NCBI GenBank assembly: GCA_977017575.1
Contig: CDRNVI010000124.1
Span: 1 to 31,226, forward strand
DNA from: Paramoeba atlantica
Taxonomy: Eukaryota; Protista; Discosea
Length of the DNA: 31,226 nucleotides
Direction of reading: 5' to 3'
A program made the translations under genes and the position numbers. Below, piece after piece: positions 1 to 12,841 of the stretch. The notes under the pieces were generated by a model that saw only the letters and a list, made by a program, of their open reading frames with translations, was not told where the DNA came from and ran no database searches. Each line of letters opens with the position of its first letter. Positions within the stretch are counted from its first letter, which is position 1.

Positions 1-740
1 GTCAAATGAGTTTTTGAGCAGCAACTGTTATTACTAATTTAGTGTCAGTTATACCTTTTGTAGGTAATGATATATTATTATGATTATGAGGTGGATTTTC
101 TGTTGATGAAGCTACATTACATCGTTTTTTTAGTTTACATTATTTATTACCTTTTGTTATAGCAGCTTTAGCTGGAGTTCATATTATATTATTACATGAA
201 GTTGGTTCTAATAATATATTAGGTATTAATCATAAGGTAGATCAAATACCATTTCATCCTTATTTTGTTTTTAAAGATTTATTTAGTTCATTATTATTAT
301 TATTTGGTTTTAATATGTATGCTATAAAACATACTCCAAGTATAATAGACGCAGATAATTATTTAGAAGCAAATCCTTTAGTAACACCCGTACATATCGT
401 ACCAGAATGATATTTTAAAGCTTTTTATGCAATTTTAAGATCTGTACCAGATAAAGCAGGTGGTTTTATCTTATTAGTTTTATCTATTATTGTTTTAATA
501 ATATTTCCATTTTATGTGAAAGCACCTATAGTTAGTGGTTATTTTAGACCTATTTATAATTTAGGTTTTTGATTATTTATTATGGATTTTATTACATTAA
601 CCTGAATAGGAGGTAAACCTATAGAAGAACCTTATTATTTTATAGGTCAAATGGCTACAAGTTTTTATTTTATATATTTTATTATATTGTTACCTGTTAT
701 TGTTAAATTAGAAAAATCATTATATAAAAATATTACTTAA
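1..740 (+). CDS. cob: Apocytochrome b, 5'-truncated by window edge (code 4)
   Basis: Frame from base 3 reads [13 protein letters not shown]...HIVPEWYF...; TGA falls at conserved Trp positions; TAA at 738-740. Confidence 0.97.
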
Positions 741-744
741 ACAT

Positions 745-1248
745 ATGAATAAAATTTTTAATTTTATAATTTTTTATATTTCTATATCTATTTTTAGTTA
801 ATATGTTTTCAAATCATTTATTTTTTTTTAATTCTGTTGGTAATTTATTAATTATAATTATATTATTAATTATATCTTTATTTACTTTTTATATTTCTTC
901 GTTAAAAAGTAATTTCTTAATTATAAAAAAAATGAAATATATAAACAATATTATTTAAAATTATTAAAACTATATTATATTTTTTATTTATATAAAAATA
1001 TAATATTTCAAAATATTTTAATATCTACATTTCAAAATTATTATTTTAAATTTATAATTTTATTTTATAATATTAATTTAAATATATTATTAAATTCTAT
1101 ATCAAATTTATATAGTTATTTATATAATAATTTTTTAAATACTTTTTATATTAATAATTATTTTATATTTAGTATTAAATTTAAATTATTAAATCAAATA
1201 AACTATAAAAATTTTATTTTTAAAAAATATTTTACTATAAAAAAATAA
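745..1248 (+). CDS. Unidentified AT-rich ORF (~165 aa if two compensating indels are corrected); possible divergent atp4/ymf39 or contains atp8
   Basis: Segments 745-798 and 913-1248 are open in one frame and 803-958 in the adjacent frame. The N-terminal half is hydrophobic and the C-terminal half polar/basic. No diagnostic motif recognised. Confidence 0.3.
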
Positions 1249-1251
1249 TAT

Positions 1252-1607
1252 ATGAATTTTGAATATAGTATAATTATTATCTCTATATCATTAAGTATGA
1301 TTATTTCTTTAGTATTATTTTCTATTATTTTACTTCTTATTTATTCAAAATTTGAGATAGAAAAAGTTTCAGCATATGAATGTGGTTTTCACCCTTTTGA
1401 AGATACTAGACATAATTTTAATGTAAGATTTTATTTAGTATCTATTTTATTTTTAATTTTTGATTTAGAAATAATATTTTTATTTCCATGATTGACTTTA
1501 GTTAATTTTTTAGGAACAAGTGGTTTTTTAGTAGTATTGATTTTTATACTATATTAACTATAGGTTTCATATATGAATGATTAAAAGGTGCTTTAACCTG
1601 AGAGTAA
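1252..1607 (+). CDS. nad3: NADH dehydrogenase subunit 3 (one-base deletion near 1550)
   Basis: [12 protein letters not shown] and [14 protein letters not shown] motifs; C-terminal YEWLKGALTWE* lies in a shifted frame. Confidence 0.95.
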
Positions 1608-1625
1608 AAAATTATTTTATATATT

Positions 1626-2378
1626 ATGATTAAATTTTTTCAACCATTAGATCAATTTGATATATTTTCTTTATATATAAATTTTTATTTTAGTGATTTT
1701 TATATAACAAACTTATTTATATATTTATTTATTATTTTTTTTATAATAAATATTATAACAAGTAATGTATTATTATCTAAATTAAATTTAGTTTATAAAT
1801 CGTTATGACAATACATATATGAGAATTTTATATATTTATTTCCGTTAAATGTTTTAGTTACACAAGTAGGTAAAAGAGGTGAACCATATTTTGTTTATAT
1901 AGCTAGCTTATTTTATTTTATATTAATAGCAAATTTTATTGGTTTAGTACCAAGTTCTTTTACTATTACAAGTCATATAATTTTAACATTTTTATTAGGA
2001 TCAATTACTGTTATAGGATTAACTATAATAGGTTTTTTAAAACAAAAATTACATTTTATACAGTTATTTATACCAAAAGGTGTTCCTAATATTTTATTAC
2101 CTATGTTAATAGGTATCGAAGTTATTTCTTATATTGCAAGAGGTTTTAGTTTATCTATACGGTTATTTGCAAATTTAATGTCGGGACATTCATTAATACA
2201 TATTTTATTATTTTTTATTGTAAAAATATTAAAATTTAATTATATTATAGGTATTTTAGGAATATTATTAATAACTGTAATTTTTTTATTAGAGTTTGGT
2301 ATTTCATTTTTACAAGCTTATGTATTTATTGTTTTAGTTTCTATTTATTTAAAAGATTCTTACGAAGCTGGACATTAA
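1626..2378 (+). CDS. atp6: ATP synthase subunit a (250 aa, code 4)
   Basis: PLDQF N-terminus, IEVISYIARGFSLSIRLFANLMSGH, LQAYVF; continuous when TGA=Trp. Confidence 0.97.
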
Positions 2379-2396
2379 AAAACATTTATTTTAACA

Positions 2397-2716
2397 ATGT
2401 TTAATATCTTAATTCCTTTTGAAACATTTATACCTATTTTAAGTTTTAGTTTATTTATTATAGGTATAGCGGGTATTTTATTACACGTAGAAATATAATA
2501 ATAATAATAATGTCTATAGAGTTAATTTTAGCATCTGTAAATTTATTATTTATTTTTTTATCAATATATTTAGATGATATATATGGTCAGATATTTGCTT
2601 TATATATATTAACTATAGCAGCTTCTGAATCAGCTATTGGTTTAGGATTAATAGTTATTTATTATAGATTAAGAGGTATTATATCTATAGATTATATTAG
2701 TACTATAAAAGGTTAA
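2397..2716 (+). CDS. nad4L: NADH dehydrogenase subunit 4L (one-base deletion near 2484)
   Basis: MSIELILASVNL and AASESAIGLGL motifs; upstream ATG 2397 ...IGIAGILL then RRNIII in a shifted frame. Confidence 0.93.
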
Positions 2717-2735
2717 ATTTTTTTATATACTTTTT

Positions 2736-4753
2736 ATGTATTTATTAGTATTATATTTACCATTAATAAGTTTTTTAATTATAAGTTTTTTTGGCGTTTA
2801 TTAGGAAATAAAGGTAGTTTTATAATTGCGAATTTTAATATGTTATTAACAGTGTTGTTATCATATTATATTTTTTATGAAACTGTATTAAAAGGTTCTG
2901 TATGTTTTTTAAAATTATTTTCATGATTTAATATAGGTTTATTTAATGTAACATGAGGATTTATTTTCGATCCTGTAACAGGTGTTATGTTAATTGTAGT
3001 AAATACAATATCTTTATTAGTTCATTTTTATTCAATAGGTTATATGTATAATGATCCTTTTTCTTCTCGATTTGTATCTTATTTATCATTATTTACATGA
3101 TTTATGTTAATGTTAGTTACAGCTGATAATATATTACAATTATTTTTAGGTTGAGAAGGTGTTGGTTTAGTATCTTATTTATTAATTAATTTTTGATTTA
3201 CAATAGCAGATGCAAACAAAGCTGCAATTAAAGCTATTATTATGAATAGAATAGGTGACATTGGAGTTGGTTTAGGTATATGTTTAATATATTTAGAATA
3301 TAAAACATTAAATTTTAGTATAATATTCGCAATAAGTGATATGTGTCAATTTGATTATATTTATTTTATAAATAATTATTTTAATACAATAACTTTGATA
3401 ACTATTTTTATATTAATTGGAGCTATGGGAAAATCTGCACAATTAGGTTTACATACTTGATTACCGGATGCTATGGCTGGTCCAACACCAGTTTCTGCTC
3501 TTATACATGCAGCAACAATGGTTACAGCTGGAGTATTTATTTTAATAAGATTATCACCAATGGTTGAATATTCAGCTATTGGTTTATGAATTATAACTTT
3601 AGTTGGTGTTTTAACTAGTTTTTTTGCAGCAACTATAGGTTTATTTCAAAATGATATAAAAAAGGTTATAGCATATTCAACTTGTAGTCAATTAGGTTAT
3701 ATGGTGTTTATATGTGGGTTATCAAATTATTCACTAAGTTTATTTCATTTAACTAATCATGCTTTTTTTAAAGCATTATTATTTTTAAGTGCGGGGGCTA
3801 TTATACATGCTTTATCTGATGAACAAGATATAAGAAAATATGGAGGGTTAATTAAATTATTACCTTATAGTTATATTATGATGTTAATAGGTTCTTTAGC
3901 ATTAATGGGTATACCTTTTTTAACAGGGTTTTATTCTAAAGATGTTATAATTGAAATTACTTATATATCATATATAATAGATAGTTCTTTTATTTATTGA
4001 TTAAGTGTTATAGCAGCTTTGTTTACATCATTATATAGTATTAGGTTATTAGTATATGTTTTTATAACATCACCTAATGGTTATAGAAAAATGTTTGAAT
4101 TAATACATGAATCTAATATTTTTATGTCTTTACCTTTATTTATATTAGCTTTAAATAGTATATTTTTTGGTTATATTAATAAAGATTTATTTATAGGATT
4201 AGGTAATGATACTTGATTAAATTGATTAAATATAATTTCAACTAGAAATATTTTAATTTTAGAATCAGAATTTTTACCTTGATATATAAAAAATATTCCT
4301 TTTTTTTTTAGTATGTCTGGTATAATAATTATTTTTTTAATAAATTATTATTATACTTATTTATATAAAGTTTTAAGAAGTAATAATTATTTATATTTTA
4401 AAAGATATAATAATATTGCAAGTTTTTTTTCTTATAAATGGTATGTGGATACTATTTATAATAAAATAATTTTAGGAGGTTTTATTAAATTATCCTATAT
4501 AGTATTTAAAAATATTGATAGAGGTATTATAGAATTAATAGGGCCTTTAGGTTTAGTTAGATTATGAAATTCTTTAAGTATTAATTATAAATATTTTTTC
4601 CCAACAGGTTATATTTTTAATTATTTGTTCTTATTTATTATTTCATCTGTTAGTTTAATTATATTCTATATATTACCTATAAATAATTTAAATAGTGAAT
4701 TATTATTTATATTAATTGCTATAATTTTAATAAATAAATATAAAAATAAGTAA
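2736..4753 (+). CDS. nad5: NADH dehydrogenase subunit 5 (one-base deletion near 2794)
   Basis: [59 protein letters not shown]; TAA 4751-4753. Confidence 0.96.
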
Positions 4754-4770
4754 AATTTTTTTTAAAACAT

Positions 4771-5358
4771 ATGGATCAAAATTTATTTTATATATTTTTT
4801 TTTATAATAAGTATTGTATCGGCTATTTTAGTAATAATTTCTAAAAATCCTTTACATTCTATTATTTATTTAATATTAGTTTTTTGTAATATAGTTTTTA
4901 TATTATTATTGTTGGAGTTGGAATTTATGTCTATGGTGTTTTTAATAGTTTATATAGGTGCAATAGCAGTATTATTTTTATTTATTATTTATATGTTAAA
5001 TATAAAAGTTATAGAATTGAATGAATTAAATATAAAATATTTGATAGGTATTATATTATTAACTTTATTAATAATATTTTTAATTTATTTATATTATATA
5101 CCGATTAATGTAATTTTTAATATAGATTCCTCAAACAATAATAATTATATAAATTATTATAATATTTTATATAATATATCAAATTTAAATTTGATATCTT
5201 TAATATTATACGATAAGCATTATATATTATTTATAATACTTAGTCTTATATTATTATTAGCTATGATTGGTGTTATTATATTAACATGTAAAAGAACATA
5301 TTATCTAAAAGAACAGGTAATTTTTGAACAAAATAAAAGGTTTATAAAGAATCCATAA
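4771..5358 (+). CDS. nad6: NADH dehydrogenase subunit 6
   Basis: [35 protein letters not shown] motifs. Confidence 0.95.
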   Translation: MDQNLFYIFFFIISIVSAILVIISKNPLHSIIYLILVFCNIVFILLLLELEFMSMVFLIVYIGAIAVLFLFIIYMLNIKVIELNELNIKYLIGIILLTLLIIFLIYLYYIPINVIFNIDSSNNNNYINYYNILYNISNLNLISLILYDKHYILFIILSLILLLAMIGVIILTCKRTYYLKEQVIFEQNKRFIKNP

Positions 5359-5359
5359 A

Positions 5360-7390
5360 ATGAATAATTATAAAATAAATAATATTGCAGTTAAAGATAA
5401 TAATATGAAAACTATATTACAATTATGTAATATGATTAATATAGATATACCAAAATTTTGTTATCATGAACAATTATCTATAGCAGGTAATTGTAGAATG
5501 TGTTTAGTTGAAGTAAAAGGAGCTATAAAACCTATAGCTTCTTGTGCATCCCCTTTAAATAATAATATGCATATATTAACTAATACTAAATTAGTTAAAA
5601 AGGCTAGAGAAGGTGTTTTAGAATTTTTATTATTAAATCATCCATTAGATTGTCCTATTTGTGATCAAGGAGGTGAATGTGATTTACAAGATCAATCATT
5701 AATTTTTGGTAATGATAGAGGTAGATTTTATGAAAATAAAAGATCTGTTAATGATAAAGATTGTGGACCTTTAATAAAAACTATTATGACAAGATGTATT
5801 CATTGTACTAGATGTATACGTTTTATAGATGAGTTTATTGGTTATAAATATTTTGGTTTGATAGGTCGAGGACAAAATATAGAAATAAGTAATTTTTTAT
5901 CAAAAAATATTAATTCGGAATTATCTGGTAATTTAATTGATTTATGCCCTGTAGGTGCTTTAACTTCTAAACCTTATTCATTCATTTCTAGACCTTGAGA
6001 ACTTATTTCTTGAAATACTATAGATATTAATGATTTATTACATATAAATATTAGAATAGATATTAGAGATAGTGAAATATTAAGAGTTTTACCTTTATTT
6101 AATGATTATATACATGAGATCTGAATCTCAGATCTAACTCGTTTTTCTTATGATAATCAAAAGAATAATCGAATAATTAATCCTTTAAAAAAGGAAGGTG
6201 CAAATAAATTTATTATATATAGTTGAGAAAAAGTATTAAATTTAATATTAAAAAAATGTTTAAATAGTAATTTACATTTTTTAATAGGTGATAATATAGA
6301 TAGTGAAACTGCTTTAGTAATAAAAAAAGGAAAAAATTATTTTAATAATCATGAATTTACTATTAATTATAAAAAATTAACTAGGAATTCAAATAATCGT
6401 AAAAATTATATTTTAGATTATAATATATATAAAGAATTAAATGAATTTAAAAATATTATATTAATTAATATAAATATTAGATTAGAATATCCTTTATTAA
6501 ATATAAAGTTAAAACGATTTAAAGATTTAAAATTATTAAATATTTATAATATAGGGACCTCTTATAATCAAAATTATAAAAATATAAATTATTCATCTAA
6601 TTTATTAGAAGTAAAAAAATTTATAGAGGGAAAATCTTTATTAAATAATATTGTATTAAAAGCATCTAAAAATTTAATTTTATTAAATGATAATACTTTA
6701 TTTAATTTTTTAATTACAACATTGAAAAATTTAAATTTAGAATCAAGTATTAATATAGGGTTTTTAAATAATTTAAATATAAATATTATAGCTAATGAAT
6801 TAAATTTATTTAATTCATTAGTAAAATTTAATGATTATAGTTTTAAAAAAATGATTTATAAAGAAAATAATATTTTATATAATTTAAATAATTATAATTA
6901 TAATTATTTAAATTATAATTGTGATTATAATATTTTTCAAGGTTGTTATTTACCTATATTAAAAGAAATTAATAATTATGATTTATTATTACCATCAATA
7001 ACTCATTATGAAAAAAAAAGTTTATTTATAAATATATTTGGTTATTGTCAATCGACAAAATTTATTTTATTTCCGCCGAAGAATGCAAGAAATGATTGAA
7101 AAATATTATATATATTATTTAAAACAATTATTAGTGATGAAAAGATTATGAAATTATCTTTTAGTAATATTAGATTATTATTAAGTTCTTATAATATAAA
7201 TATAAATACTATATTAAATATATATAATAATAATGAAATATCAAATTATAAAAATATTATGGTTTTGAAAAATAAAAATTTATATAAAAATATGACTAAT
7301 ATATATTCTAATAATAAATTTTTACAATCATCAAAAATTTTAAACAGTTGTTTAATTAATTCTAAAAAAATATATAATAATTTTCATTAA
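5360..7390 (+). CDS. nad11: NADH dehydrogenase subunit 11 (75 kDa Fe-S subunit, NuoG), 676 aa
   Basis: [44 protein letters not shown] Fe-S motifs; single frame to TAA 7388-7390 with TGA=Trp. Confidence 0.95.
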
Positions 7391-7403
7391 AAGATTTTAA
7401 AAT

Positions 7404-8390
7404 ATGAATTTTTTGTTAACTTTAATTATAACAATATTAAAATATTTAATTTTAATAGTACCTGTATTAGTAACTGTAGCTATTTTTACAGTTTTTGAAA
7501 GAAAAGTTATGGGTTATATACAACGAAGACAAGGTCCTATAAAAGTAGGTTTTTTAGGTATTTTGCAACCTTTTGCCGATGGTTTAAAATTAATGATAAA
7601 AGAACCTGTTATACCGGTAAATTCAAATTATTTAATGTATATAGCAGCTCCAATATTAACATTATTATTAAGTTTAATAAATTGAATATTAATACCTTTT
7701 GATGAAAATGTAGTAATATCTAATATTAATATAGGAGTTTTGTTTATTTTGGGTATTTCTTCTTTAAGTGTATATGGTGTTATTATAGCTGGTTGAGCTA
7801 GTAATTCAAAATATGCATTTTTAGGTGCTCTTAGATCTGCTGCACAAATGATATCTTATGAAGTATCTATAGGTATAATATTAATAACTCTTCTAATAGG
7901 TGTAGGTTCTTTAAATTTAAGTAATATAGTATTAGCTCAAGAGGATATTTGATTTATTATACCATTTTTTCCTTTATTTTTATTATTTTTTATATCTTCT
8001 GTTGCAGAAACTAATAGACACCCTTTTGATTTACCTGAGGCAGAAGCAGAATTAGTTTCTGGTTATAATGTAGAATATTCATCAGTAGGATTTGCTTTTT
8101 TTTTTATTGGTGAATATGCTAATATTATATTAATGAGTGCATTAAATGTAATTTTATTTTTAGGAGGTTGATTACCACCTTTTAATTTTAATTTTTTTTT
8201 ACCGCCTATAGTATGATTTACAATAAAAATTGTTTTAATGATATTTTTATTTATAGTAATAAGAGCCATGTTACCTAGATATAGATATGATCAATTAATG
8301 ATATTAGGTTGAAAAGTATTTTTACCGTTATCATTAGGTTTATTAGTTTTCTATGCAGGTATAATGATTGGTTTTGATTTTTTACCTTAA
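7404..8390 (+). CDS. nad1: NADH dehydrogenase subunit 1 (328 aa)
   Basis: [57 protein letters not shown]. Confidence 0.97.
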
Positions 8391-8423
8391 TTTTTTAGAA
8401 TAATAAAATATAAAAAATTTTGA

Positions 8424-9896
8424 ATGTTATTAAAAATTTTACTTTTTTTACCATTATTTTTTGCGTTTATTTTAAGTTTAATACCTAAGAAAAAAATTAT
8501 ATTATTAAAACAATTATCTTTATTATTTAGTATAATAATTTTTTTTTATTGTATTAAATTATTAGGTAATTTTAATATATATTATTCGTATATTCAATTT
8601 CAATCAAGTATTAGTTATTATCCTGGTATGGATTTTAGTATAGGTATAGATGGTATTTCTATTTTTTTTATATTATTAATGAGTTTACTTTTACCTATTT
8701 CGTTATTAGTAAATTGAGAAAGTGTGAAATATCGTAATAAAGATTTTACTATTACTTTATTTATATTAGAATTTTTAGTTTTTTGTATTTTTTGTTGTTT
8801 AGATATATTTTTTTTTTATATATTTTTTGAAGGTGTTTTAATACCTATGTTTTTTATTATAGGTATATGAGGTTCAAGACAACGAAAAATTCATGCTGTT
8901 TATCAATTTTTTTTATATACTTTTTTTGGATCAATATTTATGTTAGTATCTTTTTTAATAATTTACTTACATGTAGGTTCTACAAATTGAAATATAATTA
9001 AATATATTGAATTTTCTGATCAACGACAATTAATATTATGATTAGGTTTTTTTATAGCATTTGCTATAAAAGTACCAATGATACCTTTTCATATATGATT
9101 ACCAGAAGCTCATGTCGAAGCACCTACAACAGGTTCTATCTTATTAGCTGGTATTTTATTAAAATTAGGTACTTATGGTTTTTTAAGATTTTTATTACCT
9201 TTATTTCCTTATGGAATGAAATTTTTTTCACCTTTAGTTATAGTTATTTGTATAATTAGTGTTATATACGGTTCGTTAGTAACAATTAGACAAATAGATT
9301 TGAAAAAAATAATAGCATATTCATCTGTTGTACATATGAATTTTGCAATAATAGGTTTATTTGCTAATAATTTAGAAGGTTTACAAGGTAGTTTATTCTT
9401 AATGATTAGTCATGGTATAATATCAAGTTCTTTATTTTTTTGCATAGGTGTTTTATATGATCGTTATCATAGTCGTATATTATATTATTATGGAGGTTTA
9501 GTACAAGTTATGCCTATATTTGCTGTAATATTTATGATTTTTTCTTTAAGTAATATGGGCTTCCCTGGAACAAGTGGTTTTATTGGTGAAATTTTAATAT
9601 TAATAGGAGTTTTTTTATGAAATATAAAAATTTCATTATTATTATTTACTAGTGTTGTTTTTGCAGCTGTTTATTCAATATGGTTATATAATAGATTAAT
9701 TTTCGGTGAAATAAAAAATTATAATATAATGATTTATAATAATTTTTATTATAAAAAATGATTTATAAAATTTTCAGATATTACTAAAAGAGAATTCTTT
9801 TTAATATTACCATTTATTTTTTTAAATTTTTTATTAGGTTTTTATCCTGATTTAATTTTTAATGTAACTTATCTATCAATTTTATCACTTATTTAA
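8424..9896 (+). CDS. nad4: NADH dehydrogenase subunit 4 (490 aa)
   Basis: [36 protein letters not shown]; TAA 9894-9896. Confidence 0.97.
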
Positions 9897-9907
9897 ATTT
9901 AATTATT

Positions 9908-11402
9908 ATGAATTTTACAATTATTTTTAAAAATCAGGAATATCATTCTATATATAATGATATTAAATATTTATTACCAGAAATATTTTTAATTTCTGGT
10001 GTTTTATTAATTTTAGTATTTATTATTTTTTATTCAAATATTAATGTATATAAATATATAAAATTAGTTTATTGTACTATTAATTTATTGGTATTTATAT
10101 TAATATTATTTATATTATTAAATATTAATAATATAGATAATAATTTTATTATTTCATCTTATTTATTATATAGTGACGGTATAATTTTTTTTTATAAAAA
10201 TTTATTGTCAATAATTATGATTATATTATTAGTTACTTCTTATAATTATATGAGATTAAATAAATTATTAATATTTGAATTTTATATATTAATGTTATTA
10301 TCTTTTATTGGTATGATAACTTTATTATTATCATATGATTTTATTACAGCATATCTTTCTATCGAATTACAAAGTTTATGTTTTTATATTTTAGCGGCAA
10401 TAAATAGAAATAAGAATAGTTCTATAGAAGCTGGTTTAAAATATTTTATATTAGGATCATTTTCATCAAGTTTATTAATAGTAGGTATAGCAATTATATA
10501 TGGTGTAACTGGATTTACTAATTTTTATGATTTATCAAAATTATTTGAATTAGGTTTATATAATATAAATTGGGATTCTTATATATTTATAGGTTTATTA
10601 TTTATTAATATAGGATTATTTTTCAAATTAGCTATACCTCCGTTTCATATATGATTACCAGATATTTATGAAGGTTCTTTGAAAATAGTATTAGCTATTT
10701 TTGCATTATTGCCTAAATTGGCTATATTAATATTTTTTTGAAAAATATATTCTATAATTTTAATAAAAGATTTAATCGACTGACAAATATTTTTTTTAAT
10801 ATTTATACTATTATCTTGATTTATAGGTATATTAGGGGCTTTACAATCTAAAAAATTTTCAAGATTAATAGCTTACAGTTCCTATTAATCATATGGGTTT
10901 TATATTATTAATTTTAATATTAAATGATGTATTGACTTTAACTTTATATATAATAATTTATATTTTAGCTTTAATAAATATTTTAATAATATGATTAAAT
11001 ATATTTAAATTTAATAATTATAAAGGGATTAATACTATATATCAATTTTTATATATTATAAAATCTAATAATTTATTATTTATAATTTTATTAATAGCTA
11101 TATTTTCATTAGCAGGAATACCACCATTAGCTGGATTTTTCAGTAAATTTTTTATTTTCATTAGTGCATTAAAACAAAATTATTATTTATTAGTAGTAAT
11201 TGGACTTTTATTTAGTGTAGTTAGTTGTTTTTATTATTTAAGGTTAATAAAAATTATTATGTTTAATAATAGTTTTTATTGATTTTTTTTAACTCCTTTA
11301 AAAAGAAGTTATGCTTACATAATTGTTATATTATTTGTAGTAAATTCGATTTTTATATTATTATTGCCTTTTTTATTAGAATATTTAAATTATATAATAT
11401 AA
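9908..11402 (+). CDS. nad2: NADH dehydrogenase subunit 2 (one-base insertion near 10882)
   Basis: SIEAGLKYFILG, FKLAIPPFHIWLPDIYEG, AGIPPLAGFFSKF. Confidence 0.95.
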
Positions 11403-11414
11403 TAATAATAATTT

Positions 11415-12020
11415 ATGAAGTATTTATATTTAAATCAGTTAATTTCAAGTAATTATAATATATCTTTACATAAAAAAAATAAATGAGGTAGACAACAAAT
11501 TAATAATATAATTGGTTGATGTAAATTACATAATTATGTAATTATAGATATTGTTTCTATATTTTTTAATATAAAAAATATAATTAATATAATTAATTAT
11601 ATTTCAACTAAATTAGGTATATCTTTATTATGTTTATTATCAGATAGTAATATAATTAATACTTCATTAAAAAGAGTAAAAATAAAAAATTTTTATATGG
11701 TATATTTAGATAAAATTTATGGTTTTATATCTAATTTTTATATGTTTATTAAAAAAGGTCGAAAACATTATAAAAATATAGTTAATTATAGATCAAAAAG
11801 GTTACCTGATATAGTATTTATGTCAAAAGATAGTTGAAAAGATTATAATAATTTTTTTAAAATATTTTTAGAATATAAAATATTATCTATAAAAAACACA
11901 TCATTTTTAGAAAAGGATATTCATATTTGTTATAATATTATGGTTAATAATTCTTTAATTATATATAATTTATGAAAATATATATATAAGCAAAATAGAA
12001 TTTTATTTAAAAAATGTTAA
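11415..12020 (+). CDS. rps2: Ribosomal protein S2, divergent (201 aa)
   Basis: Open frame with TGA=Trp; YGFISNF and RLPDIVF resemble S2 motifs; nad4-nad2-rps2 adjacency is known in protist mtDNAs. Confidence 0.7.
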
Positions 12021-12727
12021 AAGTAAATTATAAAAAATTAAATTTAATAAGAGTTTATAAAAGAGATCTTTGAGGTAGAATAATATTAAATAGAAAATTA
12101 TTATTAATTAGAAATTATATTATTAAATTATTAAAAATAAAAAAATTTAAATATAATAAAAGAATAAATTTTTATAGGATTAATAATTTTGAGAAACCTG
12201 TATATTTTAGAAGAAGAACTAGATATGGTAAATATTTTATTTTACGAAGACAATTTAGAATTTTTTATGGTTTTTTAAGTATTAAAAATATAAAAAAAAT
12301 CATAAAAAAAAGTTTTAAAAAAAAATATGCTTTAAGTTATTTTATTTATATGATGGAATCTAGATTAGATGTATTAGTTTATAGATTACATTTAGTTAAA
12401 AGTGTTAGATCAGCTAGACAATGAATATTTAATGGTAATATTATTGTTAATAATAATATTATAATTAATCCACAATATAATTTAAAAAAAGGTGATATAT
12501 TAACTTTAAATAAAAAAAAAATATTATATTTTAAAAAAAAATTATATTATAATATAAAAACAAAAAATTGATCTCGAAGTATTATACCTAATTATATTGA
12601 ATATGATTATAATAATTTTGTTTTTAAATTTATAAGTCTTAATATATATGATGTACCTTTTTTTGCTCCGGTTACTTCTTATACTTTTTTAAATATAATG
12701 AATTTTTATACAAGATATTATTTTTAA
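12014..12727 (+). CDS. rps4: Ribosomal protein S4 (237 aa), overlaps rps2 by 7 nt
   Basis: S4 signature MESRLDVLVYRLHLVKSVRSARQWIFNGNIIVN...PQYNLKKGDI, and IPNYIEYDY. Confidence 0.92.
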
Positions 12728-12841
12728 TTTATTAAAATAATAATATCTTTAAACTTGATCTTTTTTTGTTTTGTGTGTTTATTTATCGTTATTACACATA
12801 ATTTATTATAATAATAATTATGTATTTTAAGATAAATAATT

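Noticed and set aside
8063-8269. Minus-strand ORF
   Set aside because: Shadow of nad1.
9038-9259. Alternative-frame ORF
   Set aside because: Lies inside nad4 and has no recognisable motif.
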